Assembly (NCBI GenBank): GCA_016927185.1
Contig: JAFGND010000073.1
Location: 1 to 37,745 of the forward strand
Direction: 5' to 3'
Length of the DNA stretch: 37,745 nucleotides
Origin: Candidatus Coatesbacteria bacterium
GTDB lineage: Bacteria > JAFGND01
A program made the translations under genes and the position numbers. The stretch's first letter is position 1. Each line of letters begins with the position of its first letter. The notes under the pieces are model-generated. The model did no database searches, was not told where the DNA came from, and saw nothing but the letters and a program-made list of their open reading frames with translations. Below, piece after piece: positions 27,751 to 37,203 of this stretch.

Positions 27751-28377
27751 TTATCTTTCAAAAATAAGTCTTACAAGCTTATCAATATCTCTCTCATCAG
27801 GATATCTGGAACGAATGAGTGTTATTCTTTGAAGTGCTTCTGAACGGGAATACTGCATTTGAAGCATAATTGCAAGTAAATCATTGTCTATTTCATCCCT
27901 TTCACTTGCTTCATAAACTCCACCCTCTGAATCTATCTTTTTGCTTACAGTCCATATCCCGTTCTTCCTCAAATAAGGCTGCAAATCATCAATCAGGGAT
28001 TTTGCCTTGTTTGCACCAATTCCCGGGAGACTCTTCAGGTACAGGATATTATTGTTGAGAATTGCATAAGCAATCTCGTCAATAGGTCTTATCAGCGAAG
28101 AAATGAAGCTGGATGCACCAAGTTTGGGTATCTTGAGAGCTTCAATAAAAAAGTCTCTCTCATTTATATCGAGAAATCCAAACAGAGTGTAAATCATCTT
28201 GTTCCCTGCAATTGTCCATTGTTCATATAGATACAGCTTCTGCTGCTCTCCAATTATTAGCTCTGCATTAAGGTTATATATCGGGGGAATTCTTATCAGC
28301 CAGCCAATTCCACTAGATTCAATAATCCATGCTGAGGAATATTTCTCTGTAAGTACACCCTGAATATAATCCTTCAT
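27751..28377 (-). CDS. ruvA: Holliday junction branch migration protein RuvA (divergent)
   Basis: N-terminal YIQG.L...GIGW.I, LFGF...ER, HhH SLPGIG..KA, C-terminal L...Y...EA; coupled to ruvC by ATGA. Confidence 0.85.
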   Translation of the reverse strand: MKDYIQGVLTEKYSSAWIIESSGIGWLIRIPPIYNLNAELIIGEQQKLYLYEQWTIAGNKMIYTLFGFLDINERDFFIEALKIPKLGASSFISSLIRPIDEIAYAILNNNILYLKSLPGIGANKAKSLIDDLQPYLRKNGIWTVSKKIDSEGGVYEASERDEIDNDLLAIMLQMQYSRSEALQRITLIRSRYPDERDIDKLVRLIFER

Positions 28378-28865
28378 ACTTTCATCCTTGTCTCGCTATA
28401 GAAATGCGCCAAAGCTATTGCTATTGCATCTGATACATCACTGATGATGCTCTGCTCACGCAAATTGAGCGAATAAAAAACTCCCCTTCTCACCTGCTCT
28501 TTTGTTGCACGCCCATTTCCTGTTATAAGTTTCTTGACCATTGTTGCAGAATAACCATATAAAGGGATTTTATATTGTGCTGCCAGCATGCAGACTACTC
28601 CCCTTGCATGTCCCATAAGAATAGCAGTCTTGGGATGAGCATAATGCGAATAAAGCTCCTCAACTATCAAAATTCCAACCTTGAATTCCTCTATTATCTT
28701 TGAAAGCTCTGTATATATAAGGAATAATCGATTGTCAAGTCCATCTTTTGATTTAGGTTTTATTAGCCCTGCTTCAAGTAGCTTTGGTTTGCCTTTATTA
28801 TCATCTATCAGGGCATAACCTGTTTTGTAAAGCCCTGGATCAACACCAAGGCTGATTAAGCTCAT
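28374..28865 (-). CDS. ruvC: Crossover junction endodeoxyribonuclease RuvC
   Basis: GVDPG..TGY, VEE, GHARGV, VKK.ITGNGRATKEQV, D.SDAIAIA. Confidence 0.95.
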   Translation of the reverse strand: MSLISLGVDPGLYKTGYALIDDNKGKPKLLEAGLIKPKSKDGLDNRLFLIYTELSKIIEEFKVGILIVEELYSHYAHPKTAILMGHARGVVCMLAAQYKIPLYGYSATMVKKLITGNGRATKEQVRRGVFYSLNLREQSIISDVSDAIAIALAHFYSETRMKV

Positions 28866-29584
28866 TACCAGTCAACATTGTTATATACATCAGAGACATC
28901 GTCCAGTTCATCCAGTCTATCAAGCAGTTTTAGCACTCTCTCCTGATCTTTTTCATCAAGTTTTATCGTACTTTGCGGGATTCTCGTCATTTCTGCAGTA
29001 TTGACATGGATTTTTGCAGTTTCCAATCCCTTCTTGACATTCTCTATAGCATCAACTGAGCAGTATATCTCATATAAATCATCTGCTGTTTGCATATCAT
29101 CAGCACCTGCATCTATTGCAGCTGCCATTACTGTATCCTCATCATATTGTTCAGTGTTAACAGTTATCAAGCCTTTAGGTTCAAACATCCATGAAACACA
29201 ACCCGAATCCCCAAGATTCCCTCCATGCTTACCGAAAACATGCCTTATATCTGCAGCTGTCCTGTTCTTGTTATCTGTTGTTCCATATATATATATAGCT
29301 GCCCCACCAGGTCCATATCCTTCATAAATGACTTCCTCGTAAGTTACTCCTCCACCTTCACCAGTAGCCTTCTGTATAGCCCGTTTGATATTCTCATTCG
29401 GCATATTAACTGCCTTTGCTCCCTGGATGGCAACACGCAATCTGTTGTTTGTTTCCGGATCTCCTCCCCCAAGCCTTGCAGCAATCATGATTTCACGGAT
29501 ATATTTCGTGAACATTTTTCCTCTTGCTGCGTCAGTCTTTTCCTTCTTTCTCTTTATGGTAGACCATTTATTATGTCCTGACAT
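28865..29584 (-). CDS. yebC: YebC/PmpR family protein
   Basis: MSGHNKWSTIK, YEGYGPGG, TDNKNRT, LDELDDV..VY.N; usual position upstream of ruvC. Confidence 0.96.
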   Translation of the reverse strand: MSGHNKWSTIKRKKEKTDAARGKMFTKYIREIMIAARLGGGDPETNNRLRVAIQGAKAVNMPNENIKRAIQKATGEGGGVTYEEVIYEGYGPGGAAIYIYGTTDNKNRTAADIRHVFGKHGGNLGDSGCVSWMFEPKGLITVNTEQYDEDTVMAAAIDAGADDMQTADDLYEIYCSVDAIENVKKGLETAKIHVNTAEMTRIPQSTIKLDEKDQERVLKLLDRLDELDDVSDVYNNVDW

Positions 29585-29590
29585 ATGGTG

Positions 29591-31663
29591 CTATCCTTTC
29601 TTTTCTTCATTTGCAGCAGCGATAATTTTCTCGGAAATTTCATGTGGTACAGGTTCATAAGTATTGAAATCCATTGTAAACATTCCTCTTCCCTGGGTAA
29701 TGCTTCTCAATGTGGAAGAGTATCCTTGCATCTCAGCAAGCGGGACATTAGCTCTGATAATCTGAAGTCCACCCTTGTCTTCCATGCCAGAAATTCTCCC
29801 GCGCCTGCTGTTCAAATCACCCATTACATCTCCCATATACTCGCTGGGAACTTTTACCTCTACATTATAAATGGGTTCAAGCAGAATTGGCCCAGCCTTG
29901 TCAGCAGCTGCTTTGAAAGCAAGACTGCCTGCAAGTTTGAATGCTAATTCTGAAGAATCAACTGGATGATAAGAACCATCAAAACATTTTGCATGGACAC
30001 CCACAACCTTGTATCCTGCAATAATGCCCATCTCCATTCTCTCTTTTATACCCTTGTCAACAGCAGGAATATATTGATTGGGAATTACTCCTCCAACTAT
30101 GGCATCCTCGAATTCATATTCCTTTTCTTTTGAAGGACTTAACTCAACCCAGCAATCGCCAAATTGACCTCTTCCACCTGTCTGCTTTTTATGTCTTCCC
30201 TGAGCGCTTGCAACCTTAGTTATTGTTTCCCTGTAAGCTATCTTTGGTGTTTCCTTGTCAACTTCTATTCCATATCTGCTTTTAAGTCGCTTCAAAATCA
30301 CATCAAGATGTACATCTCCAATGCCTGTCAAGAGTGTTTGCTTTACTTCTACGTCAAGATGAAAAGAGAATGAAGGATCCTCATCCTGTAATCTTCTTAT
30401 TCCTTCAGTTATCTTGTCTTCATCTTCCTTGCTTCTTGGCTTTATTGCGATCTGCACAAGCGGCTTCAAAATCCTGATTTCAGGAAGATTTATATCAACA
30501 CTTTTGTCTGCCAGTGTATCTCCTGTTGAAACATCTTTCAGTTTGGCAACCGTAATTATATCACCAATATTCGCAGTTTCCGTATCTTTTCTGTCTTTTC
30601 CCTGTGGGAATGTAATATTCCCTATCCTTTCTGAGTTTGATTTTGTTTTATTTATGAAATCCTGTCCAATTCTTATACTACCATTAAGCACCTTAATAAG
30701 TGCAAGTTTGCCAATGTTTTTTTCTGAAATAGTCTTGAATACATATCCTACAAAAGCCCCATCATCAGTTACCGCAACAGAAACTTCATTTTCGCTTGAA
30801 GAAGCTGAAAATCCCTTTATTTCAGGTAAACGGTATGGTGACGGAGCAAACTCAACAAGAAAATCAAGAAGCAATGAAGTTCCAAAATTACTGTAGCCAT
30901 CACCACAAAGAACTGGGAATATCTCTTGCCTTGAAATGCTCTCCTTGAGTCCCTTGAAAAAATCCTCATCTGAAAGATTCTCTTCTTCAAAATACTTGTT
31001 CATCAATTCTTCAGAACCTTCTGCGACTTTCTCTAAAAGCGCTTTTCTAGAAGATTCCACTTTCTCCTTCAGATTTTCTGGTACAGGAATTTCCTTTACT
31101 GTTCCATCTTCATTACATTCATAGGCTTTTCTTTTCAAGACATCTACAATCTTGCTGAAACCTTCACCCGGATCAACAGGTATATGAACAGGAAGAACCC
31201 CATTACCCCATTCATTAACTGCTTCTGTAATTATCTGGTCAAACTTTGCATGCTCTCTTTTTTCTCTTGTTACGTAAATAATTCTTGGAATTTTTTCCTC
31301 TTCCGCGAACTCCCATACCTTTTCAGTTACAACTTCGACTCCTGAAACTCCCTGAATAACTACTAATGCTGCATCTGCTACTCTCAAGCCGAATTTGACT
31401 TCACTCAGGAAATCCACAAATCCGGGAGTATCTATTAGATTTATCTTATGTTTCTGCCAGTTCATATAAGCTGCAGAAATTCCTATTGTCATCTTTCTTT
31501 CTATCTCTTCCTGATCATAATCAAGTATCGAGTTGCCTTGATCCACTCTGTTAAGTCTTGAAGTAACCTTACTTGTATATAACATAGCTTCTGCCAGAGT
31601 AGTTTTTCCGCAACCACCGTGTCCAATCAATACTATATTCCTTATTGTATCCGATACTTTCAC
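29591..31663 (-). CDS. fusA: Elongation factor G paralog (EF-G2-like, outside the str operon)
   Basis: GHGGCGKTT, DTPGFVDF, AYRETI, KKQTGGRGQFG, DGSYHPVDSSELAF, LLEPI, LRSITQGRG; GTG start with SD AAGGAGG. Confidence 0.93.
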   Translation of the reverse strand: MKVSDTIRNIVLIGHGGCGKTTLAEAMLYTSKVTSRLNRVDQGNSILDYDQEEIERKMTIGISAAYMNWQKHKINLIDTPGFVDFLSEVKFGLRVADAALVVIQGVSGVEVVTEKVWEFAEEEKIPRIIYVTREKREHAKFDQIITEAVNEWGNGVLPVHIPVDPGEGFSKIVDVLKRKAYECNEDGTVKEIPVPENLKEKVESSRKALLEKVAEGSEELMNKYFEEENLSDEDFFKGLKESISRQEIFPVLCGDGYSNFGTSLLLDFLVEFAPSPYRLPEIKGFSASSSENEVSVAVTDDGAFVGYVFKTISEKNIGKLALIKVLNGSIRIGQDFINKTKSNSERIGNITFPQGKDRKDTETANIGDIITVAKLKDVSTGDTLADKSVDINLPEIRILKPLVQIAIKPRSKEDEDKITEGIRRLQDEDPSFSFHLDVEVKQTLLTGIGDVHLDVILKRLKSRYGIEVDKETPKIAYRETITKVASAQGRHKKQTGGRGQFGDCWVELSPSKEKEYEFEDAIVGGVIPNQYIPAVDKGIKERMEMGIIAGYKVVGVHAKCFDGSYHPVDSSELAFKLAGSLAFKAAADKAGPILLEPIYNVEVKVPSEYMGDVMGDLNSRRGRISGMEDKGGLQIIRANVPLAEMQGYSSTLRSITQGRGMFTMDFNTYEPVPHEISEKIIAAANEEKKG

Positions 31664-31681
31664 ACTTTCCTCCTTAAACTG

Positions 31682-32293
31682 TTAAACAATCTGCAGTTTA
31701 TGCAAAATATTATTTACCGTGTTCCCCTTAGGTATCAGCAAAAAGAAAACCTCTAGTTTATCCTTGATACTGAAATCCATTTTTGTCTTCAAAAAGAAAA
31801 TCCTCTCATTCCCGCTCATCATATCATCTGATATATCAAGAGTAGTAAGTACTGCACCTGCCAGATCCGTTTCCATTCCAGGTATGGTCATTTTAGAGCT
31901 GAATCCAAGCATTTGCTGGAACGGATTTAAATAAGATCCTGTAAGTATATTAGCAACTTCCTTGATAACACTTCTTCCCATTGGAGTTAATTGAGTTGTT
32001 TCTCCCAACTTGTTTCCAAGCATCAGGTCAATCAAGAGTAATGCATGTTTGTAGGGAAAAAGTAATATTACTTTGGCATCAAGGTCACCACTGATGTTAA
32101 AAAGGATGCAGGTAACAATTTCATTTGGATCTCCAAACATCTCAGATAGTCTTTCATATTCAACTATGTTCAGTTCGGTTACTGAAATTAAAACTGCTTT
32201 GTTTATCAAGCTTGAAAAGGAATTGGCTGCATGGCCAACACCTATATTTGATATCTCCTTGAGAGCATCAATTTGCTTGTAATTGAGTTCCAT
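31682..32293 (-). CDS. cheC: CheC-family phosphatase
   Basis: Two motifs, DALKEISNIG.G.AA and SVIKEVANIL.GSYL...P; start ATG 32293 or TTG 32308. Confidence 0.85.
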   Translation of the reverse strand: MELNYKQIDALKEISNIGVGHAANSFSSLINKAVLISVTELNIVEYERLSEMFGDPNEIVTCILFNISGDLDAKVILLFPYKHALLLIDLMLGNKLGETTQLTPMGRSVIKEVANILTGSYLNPFQQMLGFSSKMTIPGMETDLAGAVLTTLDISDDMMSGNERIFFLKTKMDFSIKDKLEVFFLLIPKGNTVNNILHKLQIV

Positions 32294-32554
32294 TCTTCTA
32301 TCTAACAAAACTTAATATATGCAATCCAAAGCAAAATTGCCATAATATTGTCAATACTTTTCAAGTTATTTAGATTATATCAAGTTTTTAGTATTGCTGC
32401 TTATCTTGATTTCTTTACTTAAAAATGCCTGCTTTTATCCACTTTTTTTCCAAAGCGGTATTAACTTCAAAGCAAATTTAAAGATGATTTTAAGTCAACA
32501 TAAATTTAAAATCAAATAAAACTTAATGTTTGATAGTATTTGTTAACTCTTCTC

Positions 32555-32591
32555 TTGACAAGATTGAAAGAGATTCAATGACTAATCATAA
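32555..32591 (+). promoter_or_regulatory. -35 element with an adjacent palindromic operator (TetR/FadR-YsiA-like box)
   Basis: TTGACA 32555-32560; AATGACTAATCAT 32577-32589 lies over the expected -10 position. Confidence 0.5.
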
Positions 32592-32623
32592 AATTTACAA
32601 ATGATTAAATGGAGGTATTTGTA

Positions 32624-33772
32624 ATGGATTTTGAATTCGATGATATTCAAATTGAGATGCAGGATGCTGCACGACAGTTTGCCTTGAAGAGATTAAAACC
32701 CCTGGTAGCAAAAATGGACGAAGAATCTCATTACGAAACATCACTAATAAAGGAACTCGCTGAACTTGGTTTTTTTGGCATCCTGGTGCCAGAGGAAATG
32801 GGCGGGATAGGCATTGATTCTCTTTCATATGTTCTTATAATAGAAGAATTATCAAAGGTTTGTCCATCCACCTCTGTAATGCTTTCAGTTCACAATTCTC
32901 TCTTGAATGAAATGCTCATGCAAATGGGAACTGATGATCAGAAAAAGCGTTTCTTGAAGAAAGCAGCGGAAGGTAAAATAATTGGAGCATTTGCTATAAC
33001 CGAACCGGAAGCAGGTTCTGATGCAGCAGGGACTAAGACAAAAGCAGTCCTGGATGGAGACAATTATATTATCAACGGTACGAAAACATTTATTACAAAT
33101 GCAAATATTGCAGATGTTTTTATTATATTCACAACTACAAAGCCTGAAGCAAAAACAAAGGGTATTACCGCGTTTTTTGTAGAGAAGGAAACAAAAGGCT
33201 TTTCACTAGGCAAGAAAGAGGAGAAGATGGGTTTAAGAGCTTCTTCAACAATGGAGCTTGTCTTTATAGATGCAGTTGTTCCTGTTACAAACAGGATCGG
33301 AAACGAGAATGAAGGTTTCAAATATGCAATGAAACTCCTGGATGGTGGAAGAATTGGCATAGCTGCCCAGGCTTTGGGAATAGCTGAAGCAGCCTTCGAC
33401 GAAGCAATAAAGTACAGCAAGGAAAGAAAGCAATTTGGAAAAGCTATCTGTGAATTTCAGGCAATTCAATGGATGCTTGCAGATATGGCAACAGATATTG
33501 AGGCAGCAAGAAATATTGTTTATAAAGCTGCATGGATGAAAGACAAGGGGATGCCATATTCAAGAGAAGCTTCCATGGCAAAATTGTATGCCTCCGAGAT
33601 GAGTAACAGAGTGGTAAACAAGGCTTTACAAATTCATGGGGGATATGGCTATGTAAAGGAATTCCCGATTGAAAGAATATACAGGGATCAGAAGATTACC
33701 CAGCTTTATGAAGGAACATCAGAAATTCAGAGAATGGTTATTGCAAGATCTTTACTAAATCCCAATAGATAA
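32624..33772 (+). CDS. Short-chain (butyryl-CoA-type) acyl-CoA dehydrogenase
   Basis: FAITEPEAGSDA, NGTKTFITN, KMGLRAS.T, LDGGRIGIAAQ, QIHGGYGY, YEGTSEIQR; SD GGAGGT before ATG 32624. Confidence 0.95.
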   Translation: MDFEFDDIQIEMQDAARQFALKRLKPLVAKMDEESHYETSLIKELAELGFFGILVPEEMGGIGIDSLSYVLIIEELSKVCPSTSVMLSVHNSLLNEMLMQMGTDDQKKRFLKKAAEGKIIGAFAITEPEAGSDAAGTKTKAVLDGDNYIINGTKTFITNANIADVFIIFTTTKPEAKTKGITAFFVEKETKGFSLGKKEEKMGLRASSTMELVFIDAVVPVTNRIGNENEGFKYAMKLLDGGRIGIAAQALGIAEAAFDEAIKYSKERKQFGKAICEFQAIQWMLADMATDIEAARNIVYKAAWMKDKGMPYSREASMAKLYASEMSNRVVNKALQIHGGYGYVKEFPIERIYRDQKITQLYEGTSEIQRMVIARSLLNPNR

Positions 33773-33782
33773 AGGAGTAGAA

Positions 33783-34562
33783 ATGGATTATCAATTTATT
33801 AAGGTTGAACTCAGTGATGGAATAGCTATTGTCACCATAGACAGGCAGGAAGCATTAAATGCCTTGAATAGCGAAGTACTATCTTCTCTTCATAAGGTTT
33901 TCTATGAACTTGCAAAAGAAAGTAATCTTAAAGCAGTTATACTGACTGGAGCAGGCAAATCATTCGTTGCGGGTGCAGATATAAAAGAAATGACTGATTA
34001 CAATCCTGTCCAGGCAAGGGCATTTTCTCTGAGAGGTCAATCCATATTTAATCAGATTGAGGATTTTCCAAAACCGGTTATTGCAGCTGTGAATGGATTT
34101 GCCCTTGGTGGGGGTTGTGAATTAGCTATGTCATGTGATTTCAGGATAGCATCTGACAAGGCAAAACTGGGACAACCAGAAGTAAATCTTGGAGTAACAC
34201 CGGGTTTCGGAGGAACCCAGAGATTAGCAAGACTTGTTGGCAGATCAATAGCTAAATACTTGTTGTTTACAGGAGAAATAATAAAAGCTGACAGGGCACT
34301 TCAGATAGGTCTTGTTGATGAAGTGATTGAAGCAGAAAAACTAATGGAAAGATGTATGGAAATTGCCAAAATCATAGCAAAGAAGGGATCAATATCTGTA
34401 TCCTATTGCAAGAGAGCAATAAACAAGGGAATTGAGATTGATTTGAATACAGCACTTGGTTATGAAGCAGAGCTTTTTGCTGAAACCTTTGCTACATTTG
34501 ATCAGAAAGAAGGGATGAAAGCTTTTGCTGAAAAGAGAGAAGCTCAATTCAAAGGTGAATAG
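33783..34562 (+). CDS. crt: Enoyl-CoA hydratase (crotonase)
   Basis: FVAGADI, NGFALGGGCEL, GQPEV.LG..PGFGGTQRL; both catalytic Glu present. Confidence 0.92.
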   Translation: MDYQFIKVELSDGIAIVTIDRQEALNALNSEVLSSLHKVFYELAKESNLKAVILTGAGKSFVAGADIKEMTDYNPVQARAFSLRGQSIFNQIEDFPKPVIAAVNGFALGGGCELAMSCDFRIASDKAKLGQPEVNLGVTPGFGGTQRLARLVGRSIAKYLLFTGEIIKADRALQIGLVDEVIEAEKLMERCMEIAKIIAKKGSISVSYCKRAINKGIEIDLNTALGYEAELFAETFATFDQKEGMKAFAEKREAQFKGE

Positions 34563-34589
34563 ATTTTATTTTATTATATGGAGGTTTCT

Positions 34590-35924
34590 ATGGATTTAAA
34601 CACAAGACTTCAAAACGTGGCAGTAATTGGGGCTGCCGGGAAAATGGGCAGCGGTATTTCTCTTTTGCTTGCCCAGGAATTAGGTTTTGCATCGCTTGAG
34701 AACAGAAGCAGGACTTTCATACTCAATCTGGTTGATATAAGTGATCTTGCACTGCAGGGACTTATAAGATATATCAAAGAGCAATCTGTAAAAACTGCTG
34801 AAAAGCAGATAAATCGTCTTCGCGAGCTTTACAAAGACAGAGTTGATTTAGTCGAAAATGGAGAAATTATTAATGAATTTGTTCATGAAGTTCTGGTTCA
34901 TATAAGGACAGGAAAGACACTTGATTTGGCAAAAGACTCTCTTCTTGTATTTGAGGCAGTTTTCGAGAAAGAGGAATTGAAATTCGAAGTCTACAACAAG
35001 CTTGCATCTCTCTGTCCCAAAGAGACATATTTCCTTACAAATACATCATCAATTCCAATCAAGGTAATTACCGATGCCTGTGGCATTGATGGAAGAGTAA
35101 TAGGATATCATTTCTATAATCCACCTGCCGTGCAGAAACTTGTAGAGCTTATCACTCCTGATACTTGTGATGAAGAGCTTAAAGTGCTTTCTCTGGAAAT
35201 AGCAAAGAAGCTTGGAAAGAAGATAGTTCCTGCAAATGATATTGCAGGTTTCATAGGCAATGGTCATTTCATGAGGGACGGTTTGCATGCCATTTCAGAA
35301 GTAAAAAGGCTTTCAAAGGAACATGGCTACCCACAAGCTATTTATATGGTAGACAAGGTTTCCAGGGATTACCTGTTAAGACCGATGGGTATTTTCCAGC
35401 TTATAGACTATGTAGGAATAGATGTTTTTCAGCTGATTCTTAAGGTAATGAACAAGTACCTTACAAAACAAGGTCTTCATAGCGATCTGATAGACAAGTA
35501 TATGGAACAGGGAGTAAAAGGTGGACAGACTTCATCAGGTGCCCAGAAAGACGGTTTCCTGAAATATGAAAAAGGCAAACCTGTTGGTGTATATAATCCC
35601 GAAACAAAAGAATATGTACCTGTTGATGATATATTTATAAAAGCTGTTGATGAAAAATTGGGACTTCACCCAAATCCTTCACTTTCCTGGAAAAATCTAC
35701 TTAAAGATCCTGAAAAGGATTCAAAAACCCAAAATTACTTTACTTCTTTGAAGGAAATGGATACTTTAGGTGCTGAACTTGCCAGGCGCTATTATAATGC
35801 CAGCAAGGAGACAAGTGAGAAGCTTGTCAAGTCTGGTGTGGCAAATAAGCCGGAGGATGTAAACAGTGTCTTGACACTTGGTTTCTTCCATCTTTATGGT
35901 CCTATTAATGATTATCTTAAGTAA
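34590..35924 (+). CDS. 3-hydroxyacyl-CoA dehydrogenase family protein (long variant)
   Basis: GAAGKMG, EAVFE, TNTSS, HFYNPP..KLVE, GFIGN, PMG.F.L.DYVG.D; SD GGAGGT before ATG 34590. Confidence 0.9.
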   Translation: MDLNTRLQNVAVIGAAGKMGSGISLLLAQELGFASLENRSRTFILNLVDISDLALQGLIRYIKEQSVKTAEKQINRLRELYKDRVDLVENGEIINEFVHEVLVHIRTGKTLDLAKDSLLVFEAVFEKEELKFEVYNKLASLCPKETYFLTNTSSIPIKVITDACGIDGRVIGYHFYNPPAVQKLVELITPDTCDEELKVLSLEIAKKLGKKIVPANDIAGFIGNGHFMRDGLHAISEVKRLSKEHGYPQAIYMVDKVSRDYLLRPMGIFQLIDYVGIDVFQLILKVMNKYLTKQGLHSDLIDKYMEQGVKGGQTSSGAQKDGFLKYEKGKPVGVYNPETKEYVPVDDIFIKAVDEKLGLHPNPSLSWKNLLKDPEKDSKTQNYFTSLKEMDTLGAELARRYYNASKETSEKLVKSGVANKPEDVNSVLTLGFFHLYGPINDYLK

Positions 35925-35936
35925 GGAAGGTATGAG

Positions 35937-37172
35937 ATGAAAAATTTTAATAAACCGGTCTATTTGGCTGCAGGAGCATATACAATAAGCCTCGGAACTG
36001 GAAGAAACGAATTCCATCCAAAGAAACCCCGTCCCGGTCTTGATTATTATATTCAGGAAGCAGGGAAAGCAGTTTTATCTCAGATAAATTCTCCAGAGAA
36101 TATTGATGAAGGAGTAATTGCTAATTTCATGGCTGCAAGATTCAACAGACAGGGAAATCTTGCTTCCCTGATGACAACCATTCATCCTTCCCTTGTTCAT
36201 AAGCCAATGATAAGAGTTGAGGGAGCATGTGCTTCTGGAGGATTAGGGATAGCAACAGGAGTAAAGAATATTTTATCTGGTCTTGCTGATGTAGTGCTCG
36301 TAGTCGGTGTGGAAGTCCAGAACACTGTAAAAGCAATATATGGAGCAGATATTCTTGCAGGTGCAGGTTATTATGCTGGAGAAAGAAAGGAAGGTCATAC
36401 TTATTTCTTCCCTGCGAAGTTTTCAGACAGAGCGGGTGCATATTTCGAGAAATATGGCAAGGACATCACAAGACAGGCAATGGCTCACTGGTATGCTAAT
36501 GCTGTAGAGAATGCAAGACTGAATCCACTTGCACAGGAATATCATAATACATGCAAGGATCTTGTTTCCCAGGGAATGACACAACCTGATGCAAAGACCT
36601 TTACAGAGCATCTCAATATTTTCGATTGCTCAAAAGTCTCTGATGGAGCTGCTGCTATATTGGTTTGTTCAGAAGAAGGATATAAGAAGCTTGGACTCAA
36701 CAGTGACGCAGTCTGTGAAATTATTGGATTAGGGCAGGTTATGGCAAACCTCATAAGCTCTCCAGCAGATCTTACTGAACTTGATGCAAGCAGAAAAGCA
36801 GCGAATGATGCAAGAGATATGGCAAACGTCGGCATTGGTGATATTGGGGTATTTGAGGTTCATGATTGTTTCACTATATCAGGACTTCTCAGTATAGAAG
36901 CATTGGGAATAGTTGGACAAGGAAAAGCACCTGAACTCGTTATAAATGGGGAAACAAAACTGACTGGAAAATATCCTGTTAATACAGGTGGAGGTCTTGT
37001 AGGTTATGGTCATCCGACTGGAGCATCAGGAGTGAGGATGGCTGTTGATTTATGGAAACAGATGACAGGCAAGGCAGAGAAATTCCAGGTTGACTTGAAG
37101 AAAGAGCATGGAATGCTTATTTCAATGGGTGGTAATGATAAAAGCCTGGTTTCTGTTATTGTGAAGAAATAG
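35937..37172 (+). CDS. SCP2-type thiolase (HDCF fingerprint)
   Basis: EGACASGG, DCSKVSDGAAA, EVHDCF, GHP.GASG; C-terminal SMGG instead of CxG. Confidence 0.9.
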   Translation: MKNFNKPVYLAAGAYTISLGTGRNEFHPKKPRPGLDYYIQEAGKAVLSQINSPENIDEGVIANFMAARFNRQGNLASLMTTIHPSLVHKPMIRVEGACASGGLGIATGVKNILSGLADVVLVVGVEVQNTVKAIYGADILAGAGYYAGERKEGHTYFFPAKFSDRAGAYFEKYGKDITRQAMAHWYANAVENARLNPLAQEYHNTCKDLVSQGMTQPDAKTFTEHLNIFDCSKVSDGAAAILVCSEEGYKKLGLNSDAVCEIIGLGQVMANLISSPADLTELDASRKAANDARDMANVGIGDIGVFEVHDCFTISGLLSIEALGIVGQGKAPELVINGETKLTGKYPVNTGGGLVGYGHPTGASGVRMAVDLWKQMTGKAEKFQVDLKKEHGMLISMGGNDKSLVSVIVKK

Positions 37173-37175
37173 AGA

Positions 37176-37203
37176 GTAAGGGGGGAAGAATTTCTCCCCT
37201 TAC
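37176..37203. terminator. Hairpin between convergent thiolase and glutaredoxin genes
   Basis: GTAAGGGGGGAA-gaat-TTCTCCCCTTAC (one G-U pair); no classical U-tract. Confidence 0.6.

Noticed and set aside
32435-32443. DnaA-box-like TTATCCACT in an AT-rich divergent intergenic region (possible oriC)
   Set aside because: A single 8/9 match, no box cluster and no dnaA/dnaN nearby
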